DNA from: Octopus sinensis
Taxonomy: Eukaryota
Length of the DNA stretch: 33,938 nt
Direction: 5' to 3'
Assembly (NCBI RefSeq): GCF_006345805.1
Contig: NW_021831937.1
Location: 1-33,938 of the forward strand
The notes beneath the pieces are model-generated. The model saw only the letters and a program-made list of their open reading frames with translations. It had not been told where the DNA came from and ran no database searches. Within the stretch, counting starts at the first letter, position 1, and each line of letters begins with the position of its first letter. The position numbers and the translations under genes were made by a program. This document shows positions 25,166 through 33,938 of the stretch, in pieces.

Positions 25166-25203
<38 letters not shown>

Positions 25204-25221
25204 TGATAGATAGATAGATAT

Positions 25222-25300
<79 letters not shown>

Positions 25301-25572
25301 TACATATGTGTATTAGAATTATCAGTAAATTCCTTTTATGCAATAGCAACAATAAAATTTAATTCTTCATTTGCTCTATCAATTCAAGGTGACAATCATC
25401 TTTCAATCGAAATAATTTCGTGCGCAGGTATGGATGCATTCATTCTATTAACCCTTGCATTATAAAACAGTTTGATATATAGAAATTAGTATAATGTGGA
25501 ATATACTGAGGTGAGTCTTTGTCTTTCTTTAAACTGTAATCGATTATTATTTCCTTCTCTTTTCTCTTTCTG

Positions 25573-25610
25573 TCTTCTTGATGAAGGGCTGTTTGTCAGA
25601 AACGTTAAGG
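25573..25610 (+). ncRNA. Decayed hammerhead ribozyme motif (probable Penelope-like element relic)
   Basis: cTTGATGA-a-GGGC-tgttt-GTCA-GAAA-CGTT. The AACGTT stem-III palindrome is present, but the core has an insertion and stem II has lost its closing G-C pair. Confidence 0.45.
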
Positions 25611-26323
25611 ATTTTAAATATTTATTTCACGAGAAACTAATACTTATGTTTTTTGTATTTTTCTTGTCCTACGCGATGCTAGATATATTTTCATAAATCT
25701 ATCAATGTATCTGTCTAAGTATGTATGTATATAAGTATGTATGTATGTATGTATGTATGTATGTATGTATGTGTGTATGTATGTATGTATCTATCTATCT
25801 ATATATCTATCTATATCTATCTTATCTATCTATATGTATAAATGGATCTCTCTATATGTATGTATATTTACATATATACTACTACCATATATACTGCTAA
25901 AATTCCTATCTAAGCACATATATGCATGGTACATATAGGTGTGTGTGTATGTGTGTGTGTGTTTGTTTCTGTATGTGCGTATGGGTATGTTGGTATGACT
26001 TTCTATATGTGTTTATGTGTGTGTAAATCCTGGCATTCCAATTTTCAGAATGTTAATCACTTGAAAAAATTAGGGCATCTCTTAAAATTACCATTCTGCT
26101 ATTACACAACGCAAAATTGATCGTTATTATCTTGGGAACCAATTAAGATATTTCTTCAAGAGCAAACTATTTTTAAAACTTCTTTAAAAAAACTGCGATA
26201 ATATTGCTAACATTATATAATCGTATTCTCCTCTAATCTATGAAGAATTAAAAATTTCCCCAAATGATAATTTGAATTGTAACTGTATTTCAGCGTCTAG
26301 TTATTTCCGAAGAGAATGGTTTC

Positions 26324-26530
26324 TCATGTACGGGCAAAGATAGAATTTTGCAGGGTGAATGAGGTGATGTCATTTGGCCCTTTATTTAGATGGTACTTAA
26401 TTTTAGTGTCATCAGAAAATGAATTGCGTGTTTTTCCCAGGTTGGTTTTGGGGTTTTGACTCCGTATATCAACACTCGGCCCATATATAGGCGAAGCTCT
26501 TACAGGTCTGTCAAATATCCACCTAGTCAC
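26324..26530 (-). pseudogene. Degenerate LINE reverse transcriptase fragment (CR1/L2-like)
   Basis: Minus-strand translation GP-x19-FSDDTKI...LQNSI resembles the RT core GPLLF..YINDL...FADDTKI...LQ.DL; a stop follows. Confidence 0.5.
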
Positions 26531-26640
26531 TTCTGAAGATGATATTAATTTGGACCTGCTTACATGTATGCATGCACAAAACTTCGAATACTATACATAT
26601 ACATTAAATACATACACACACAAACATATATATATATATA

Positions 26641-26717
<77 letters not shown>

Positions 26718-26779
26718 ATACATATATAATCTAATATAATATATATATATATTATATATATGTATATATACATACATAC

Positions 26780-26964
26780 CTTGTAGCCCTAGGAGGACAC
26801 CTCCTTCAACAGGCTATTGACGCACTTCCTGTGCCCTATCAGGTTGAAGATGGGAAGGATGACTTCCCTTTGCAAACAGTGATAGGATACAGAGATTGTG
26901 TCAATAGCCAGCTGAACGAGGTGTCATCCTGGTTTTACAAGTTTACAGTAGCATCCACCCTATA
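26780..26964. mobile_element. Palindromic foldback/MITE-like element, copy 1
   Basis: 26780-26857 is an imperfect reverse complement of 26863-26941 around a GATGA loop; a 34-bp core is identical to 33020-33053. Confidence 0.8.
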
Positions 26965-28707
26965 GTTTAGGACAACCCTACCGTTTGTCTTAAACTATAC
27001 ATATATAAATTCCTCTATTTACCTAATATCGACGTCTCGTTCTTTTGTTGTCATCTTGTTGTTGTTGTTGTTGTTATTATTATCATCATCATCATCATCA
27101 TCATCATCATTATAATTACTATTATTATTATTATTATATATACATATTTCGATATAGAGGTGGACAGATAAATTACGTGTTTATTTCATATTTATTCACA
27201 TAACTGTATGTAATTGTATTAATTTGTATGTGTGTATGCATTGTTTAGATATCAATATGTATGATATGATATTTTTTTCTGTATATGTGTGGGATTCTCA
27301 TAATATAAAATAAATAAAGGTTCTCTTCTTAAGCCGTAAATTTCAGATTTTAACGAAATCCGCGCCGTCTTGCTCACACATTAGACTAGCCGGAAGTATC
27401 ATTTGTTTAATGTGATACTTTTAATCTGTGTGAAAACAAATCGCTCTGAACAGATCGTTTGTATGGTATAAGTTTGTGGAATAAATTGACCTCTATACAG
27501 AAGTAATACTGAACGTTTGTCTCCAACACAAATAATGTCATCACCAAACTCAAGCCTTAAATTGTCTTTGGATTAAATTAAGGACTACCTTGTCATATTC
27601 TCTACTTCAAAACCACATTCAAATCATTTCTGCCTTCAAATCAATGTCTCCAATGTTATTATTTATTGGACGCAACATATCGAAGTTAGACGGCTCCCGA
27701 TTCGAACTGTACAGTGGATAAGAGTTCACAGACCAGCCTAAGGTGCCGATTGCCTGACTTATTGTCAGAATATGCGCGTAAAACTCTTAAAGCGTTTGTT
27801 ACAAATTGTTCCTACTCTGTAGTCGTTCCTTTTGCCATCGTTCTTCATCTCCACAACATATGTTTGTGTTTGCCTGCGTGTATATATGCATGTAAATATA
27901 TAACTATGCATAATAGCATACAAATCACACGCATATACACGTACATGAACTGGTACATCTACACCCTAATTAAATGATTATGTGAAGGCCTATCCTGCTC
28001 GCATTCACGTAATCGTTATGTGAAAACTACTAACGTTCTTGCGATCATGGTTTCCAATTTTTGAATAGACGGTGTGTTATATTCTTAAGAAAAAAACCCA
28101 TTCTATTTCACGTTTCTTGAATCCTTTCAGACGAATCTAATTTGTAACAGCACCAGTTTGGTTGCGTACTTTTAGCGTATCGAATATCAGTCTCTTGCTT
28201 CTAGAATATAAAACATTATTTTGGAGTTGACTCAGAGGATAATGTTGATAGTGTAGAAGACAATGTTTATGATGAGGACGATGGGGCCGAAGATGATTAT
28301 CATGATAATGATGCTTGCGCAAACAGTCATATTACAGACCAAAAATATTTTTTTGATATTCTATGATACAAAAATATAAATATGTATGCATTCCGACATA
28401 AAACCATTCATAGTTACATATATGACATGCACACGTGCGAATATATCGACGCATATATAAACACATATACAAATACTCAAAATATTTCCCATATATATAT
28501 ATATATATATACGAGATTTATACCTCGGAGTATTTCAGGTATTGGTAGCTAGGTGGGCTGAATTGCTCTCGACGTCTTTGATGAAACACAAATTGTAATT
28601 AATAATACAATATTTGAATATTTGGCCTATAAATCGTATGTACGTATCGATGCGTGTATGTATCTTATGTATGTTTTTATGTCTGTATATCTATCTATCT
28701 ATCTATA

Positions 28708-28770
<63 letters not shown>

Positions 28771-28861
28771 ATGTATACATGTGTAAATTTATGCGTTTAC
28801 GTATATACATATTTAAATATATAAAAATATATATGAATGTGCCTGTGAATGCATGTTTGTC

Positions 28862-28898
<37 letters not shown>

Positions 28899-28982
28899 GC
28901 ATCATACAGATATATATTGGAAGTACACATAAATGTTCATTAATTTATATATATACAACTTTTTCATTTATTTATGACTATA

Positions 28983-29083
<101 letters not shown>

Positions 29084-29148
29084 TATATCCTTCTATCTAT
29101 CTGTTTGTCATGCATGCACGTATGTATGTATATATGTATGTATGTTTG

Positions 29149-29241
<93 letters not shown>

Positions 29242-30203
29242 CTATCTATCTATCCATCTATCTACACACATATATATTTACATATACACATTCATATTCA
29301 TCTTTCGCATACTCATACTCTAGTTTGCAAGTTTGGTTATTTATCGTCACTTTCGCATTCCCCATTATTATTCATCGTATTATTCATATTATATACATTT
29401 CTATTATCATTTTTGTAATTAAGTTTTCTCTTTTTATTTAGCGTTCTCCTAGATAATATATTTATTTTCGCTCCCCTTTCTCACTCCAACAATCATTAAT
29501 CTTTAAATAAACCACCCACATTTATGATATTTGTGTTCAAGCATCCCAATCTAAAGGGAAATAATTTTATTTGTATTCCGATTATTTTTTTGCTTTACTA
29601 TATTTTCTTTTTACTTCTTGTACTTTAGAAAGAAAATGGCGGCTTTCGAATTTGTACTTCGCGTTTACACTTAATTATTACTGCCATATTTCTATTATGC
29701 ATATATGACGATGTTTGAACATGTAAGGTTGTGTTGCACGTTGGGAATACAATATACCGGTACAAATATATAAAAAAATATGCAGATAATACTGTAGTAT
29801 CGTATCATAAATTTATTTTCCCTTATGCATATTACAGAACGTGCACAAACACACACGCGCACACGCACGCACACACACACGCATAAACATAGACACACCA
29901 GTATATGTGGAAACTCAAATATATATCAATACACCCACAGAGGTCCCTGGATTTTCGTCACATTTTCTGACTCACACACACTCTCTCATTCTCACCCCTT
30001 TAATCTTCATTCCTTACTTCCGCATCTCTCTTTTCGTCTCTGTCTCTCTCTGTGCACATATACATACATATATATACATATATATATATACATATGTATA
30101 TATATATATACATACATATATACATATGTATATTATACATATATTATATATGAAGGGTAACTAATTAATTTCTTCTAATATATATATATACACACACACA
30201 AAC

Positions 30204-30249
<46 letters not shown>

Positions 30250-30269
30250 ATATTGTGTACGGTACATAT

Positions 30270-30510
30270 GTTTTGACTCTTCAGTTGTTTTGGTCTTTAG
30301 ACTATGGCCGAAGTGGTGCATAGCCTTGAAATAAGTTTGTCAATTAAATCGACTCCAGAACATAGTTTAATTTAAAATGTTTTTGTGTGTGTGTTACTTC
30401 TTCCCTTGATTACTTAGCCGAAATGCTAGAATACGGGATATAAACACACTGACACCGGTCCTCAATTGTAAAGCGGCAGAAGGGGACAAGCACAAACAGA
30501 AAGATTGATT
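30270..30510 (-). mobile_element. Degenerate SINE-I 3' half
   Basis: gtctttagactatggcc, aaatcgactccag, tataaacacactgacaccggt and ggggacaagcacaaacag parallel 7290-7440 and 7600-7670. Confidence 0.6.
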
Positions 30511-30576
30511 GAGATGCAGGTGGCTGAACGTATAAATTCTTAAAATTTACAAACAAGAAAGTAGCCAAACCTGACG

Positions 30577-30618
<42 letters not shown>

Positions 30619-30683
30619 ATATTCTCTTCTCTCTCTATATATTATTATATATATATATTATATATATATATATATATAATTAG

Positions 30684-30717
<34 letters not shown>

Positions 30718-30727
30718 AGAGAAGAGG

Positions 30728-31111
30728 GAGTGGCTTTTTTGCTTACGAACCACATGGTTCTACGGTTTCAGTCATCTGTGTGGGACCTTGTCAAGTGTCT
30801 TCTACTATAACCTCGGGTCGAGACATAGCCTGTTGTGAGCGGATTTTGTAGACGGAAACTGAAAGAAGCCCGTCATATGTATGTATATATATATGTATGT
30901 GTGAGTATGTGTTTGTGTGCTTGCGTCCCCCCCCCCAACAAACCATGCTGGTATGTTTACGTCCCCATAACTTAGCGGTTCGGCAATAGAAACCGATACA
31001 ATGAGTACTAGGCTTGCAAGAAATAAATCCTGGGGTCGATTTGCTCGACTAAAGGTGGTGCTCCATCATGGCCACAATAAAATGACTCAAACAAGTAAAA
31101 TAGTAAAGAGT
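30728..31111 (+). mobile_element. SINE-I, near full length
   Basis: Reverse complement of the array unit: gtagacggaaactgaaagaagcc, gtttacgtccccataacttagcggttcggc, gatttgctcgactaaaggtggtgctcc, and tail aaacaagtaaaatagtaaagag. Confidence 0.9.
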
Positions 31112-31139
31112 ATATATGTATACTCACCTTCATTAATCC

Positions 31140-31500
31140 CCTTTTATTAGTTGGCATTTCATGAACAAGGGAGCCCGATGCCCTCATTCCTGCGTTCTTC
31201 AGAAGTTTGCTCCTCTCCTACTCTTGACAGTAGTTGATCCAGTTTAATTTTGAAGACATCTACCTCCATCTCATGCAAATCTCTCAGCTCGATCGGGAGG
31301 ATAATACAGAGTTATAAGCCTTCGAATACGTAGGTATTGCCTTATATAGTCTTGAAATTTGACTGCAAGTATTGGATTTTAGGAACTAAGTAACGCTGAC
31401 TTTTTCTAGAGTTCGTATAGCTTTCATGCCAAAGATTAAGATAAAGCTTCTCGGAGCCTGCAGATGTATATTAAAGCGTAGAGTTATTTGGAATGGTCCA
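31140..31500 (-). pseudogene. LINE ORF2 C-terminal fragment (CR1/L2-like), decayed
   Basis: Minus strand reads LYALIYI..., then ESYTNSRKSQRYLVPKIQYLQSNFKTI*GNTYVFEGL*LCIILPIELRDLHEMEVDVFKIKLDQLLSRV. This resembles the CR1/L2-type C-terminal pattern (G..LFN.LP..LR......FK..LD..L) with stops and a frameshift. Confidence 0.75.
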
Positions 31501-31670
31501 GAGCGATAAAAATTAATTTTTTTTGCTCGGGAATAAATATATCACATTGCTAGATTCAGGAATCGAAACCACAATGTTAATATTATGAGAGGAACACCGA
31601 AACCACCAGGCCATATATTTACTACATCTACATACATAAACAGAAAAATAACGACAGAGCTACAGAAAAA

Positions 31671-31705
<35 letters not shown>

Positions 31706-32532
31706 GGCGGAAGAGAGAGCGAGAAAGCAAGAGAGGGGGAGAAAGAGAGAGCGAGAAAGCAAGAGAGGGGGATAGCAATAGATAGATAAATAAACAGATA
31801 GAATGAGTGACAGAGAGAGAGAGAGAGAGGAGAGAGAGAGGGGGGAGTGAATATTTAATGTACGTCTCTGTGTGTGTGTTTACTTAAAGCATCAAAACAA
31901 TAAGCAACAAAATTATTCAAGAATAAAGTAATAAATAACATAACTGCAAACAAAATCCCAACAAGTGTTCAATTCATTCTGAGATATTTTATGAGCGAGA
32001 ATTCTGTTGCGGAAATCTCAAGGTAAATCTAAAGTGTACACCAAACAAATATACAATTTTATATAAAATCTCAATAGCGCTTAGCAAATATAGTTGGCTT
32101 TATGATATATCTTGTTTGTCTTCTGTGTGCTGGCACAATGACTAACCGATAGGAGAGGTTGCCGACTTCATTTAAATGAGTGCAGTCGATATATCACTTA
32201 TAGGTTAAAGCTAGATAGATGCTACGCCATATTTATCTACTTACCATTCTGTCTGTACTTTTACACACACATATACACACATACACGCACAGTTACACGC
32301 ATACACAAACACATCCACACACACCTACGCTAACAAACACGCACACACAACCTGACCGACAGTTTATGGGTATGCCCAAAATATAGTACAAGTTAAAAAC
32401 AGAAAATATCATAGAGAAATCATTAATACCGTAGGTATGTGCATATTGGTAAGAATGCCAATAGGTAAATGCAGACATAGATATATAAAGGTATTTGTAG
32501 ATGAAGATATATATATATATATATATATATAT

Positions 32533-32845
32533 TATCACTGTGATCACCATGACCGGCTAGGCTATCAGATGTTCATACACATTGCTGGTCACAATGCACT
32601 TCACATTGTTTTAGCTTTAAATGACGCCACCCCACTGGCTAAGCGAGAAGGCCAACAGGAGAAAGAGTGAGAGTAAGTTGTGGCGAAAGAGTACAGCAGG
32701 GATCACCACCACCCCCTTCCTGAGACTCGTGGAGCTTTAGGTGTTATCGCTCAATAAACACTCACAACACCCGGTCTGGGAATCGTAACCGCGATCCTAC
32801 GACCGCGAGTCCGCTGCGCTAACCACTGGGCCATTGTGCCTCCAC
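32533..32845 (-). mobile_element. tRNA-derived SINE-IV with a different 3' tail
   Basis: A box TGGCCCAGTGG (32823-32833), B box GTTACGATTCC (32779-32789). 32653-32845 aligns with 9672-9869, but 32533-32652 does not match 9490-9670. Confidence 0.9.
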
Positions 32846-32999
32846 ACACACACACACACACACATACGCGCGCACATACGCACACACACACACACGCACA
32901 CACACACACACGCACACACATATATATAATAAATCTCTGAGCGAGGTATACACAGTAGCTGCACGGCAACGTGAAGTATATTTTCCACAAGAAACCCAG

Positions 33000-33140
33000 C
33001 TCCATGTGTATCACGTCAAGTTGAAGATGGGAAGGATGACTTCCCTTTGCAAATACTGATAGGGCAGAGAAGGTGTGTCAATAGCCAGCTGGAGGATGTG
33101 TTCTCCTGGGGTTACAAGCTACAGTAGCATCCACCTTAAG
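33000..33140. mobile_element. Palindromic foldback/MITE-like element, copy 2 (left arm truncated)
   Basis: Aligns to 26825-26964, including tacagtagcatccacc. Confidence 0.8.
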
Positions 33141-33196
33141 GGTTAGCCACAATCAATTTGCAAGTATACTTCACGATATATATATATATATATATA

Positions 33197-33250
<54 letters not shown>

Positions 33251-33519
33251 CATTATTTATATGATTAGGGTTCAGCAAAAAATTGACTTTACCACACACA
33301 CCGAACTTTAAGAAATAGCAGCCAAAGAATTTAGCTATTCCTCTACTATAAGAAGAGTCTCCCAGACAAGGTATACTCAAAACAATTCACGTAGGCATAT
33401 AGGGAAAAATAACGAAAGATCACTCGTAAATCGTATATATATATATATATATATATATATAAGCATTCCTGCGTAGAGATGACACAGGACTGAAATTCCA
33501 GAGCCGAACTAAAGATTCA

Positions 33520-33620
33520 GTTACAATGCAGTCACGATATCAAGATCGCGGCTTCGATCGCCGGACCGACTGATACGTTGTGTTCTTGTGAAAAGCATTT
33601 CATTTAAAGCTGCTCTGCGA
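33520..33620 (+). mobile_element. Degenerate SINE-III/IV-like tRNA head
   Basis: B-box-like gcttcgatcgcc followed by gttgtgttcttgtgaaaagcatttcatttaaagctgctc, similar to the reverse complement of 4930-4975. Confidence 0.5.
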
Positions 33621-33771
33621 GGTCTTACATGTCTTATATTTAGTATACTCTGCACCTGTACAGGCAATATCTCTCTACCACACCAACTCACAAGGCTTTG
33701 CTCAGCCATAAGCGATTCAATCACTTTTAATTTATCTCTTACTGCTTTATCTCATCTGTTCACCGCTACCA

Positions 33772-33938
33772 CAAGAGATTCAAAACGACGATCTATGGTT
33801 TCAAGACGAAAGACGTCCTTCTATCAGGATCACATCGAGGATCACATTCTAAAGGCTGGAAGAGTTTCAATGGGAGACGATGCCGGACCCAACATATTCG
33901 CCTGTGATTGCCCCTGTGATTATTATTTATGCCGCAGT
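33772..33938 (+). pseudogene. Mariner transposase catalytic-domain relic, running off the window end
   Basis: Translation LWFQDERRPS...*RLEEFQWETMPDPTYSPVIAP, then after a frameshift CDYYLCRS, matching the mariner motif W..LPHPPYSPDLAPSDYHLFRS. Confidence 0.85.

Noticed and set aside
29633-29643. Perfect YY1-type motif AAAATGGCGGC as a promoter
   Set aside because: A single motif with no other promoter evidence; the ATG opens only a 12-codon ORF.

Overview
AT-rich, microsatellite-saturated eukaryotic non-coding DNA, most likely from an octopus (coleoid cephalopod). That assignment is an inference from recognising the SINE families and the repeat landscape. No complete protein-coding gene, rRNA, true tRNA or CRISPR array can be supported, and nearly all ORFs in the track are translations of (TA)n, (CA)n, (GATA)n or trinucleotide repeats. 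The window holds at least four tRNA-derived SINE types, labelled here SINE-I (CORE-like body), SINE-II, SINE-III and SINE-IV; these are my labels, not database names. Some occur as head-to-tail multimers and some as head/tail mosaics. There are also two decayed LINE ORF2 fragments, four Tc1/mariner relics and a fully palindromic foldback element in two copies. The most interesting signals are: a minimal type-I hammerhead ribozyme motif at 13559-13602, with a second decayed one near 25577, of the kind carried by Penelope-like retroelements; SINE-II multimers at two independent loci joined at the same A-box position; two near-identical ~60-nt LINE-tail-like elements with a covarying 3' hairpin; and a splice-site-bounded minus-strand exon candidate built from a 23-bp tandem repeat.
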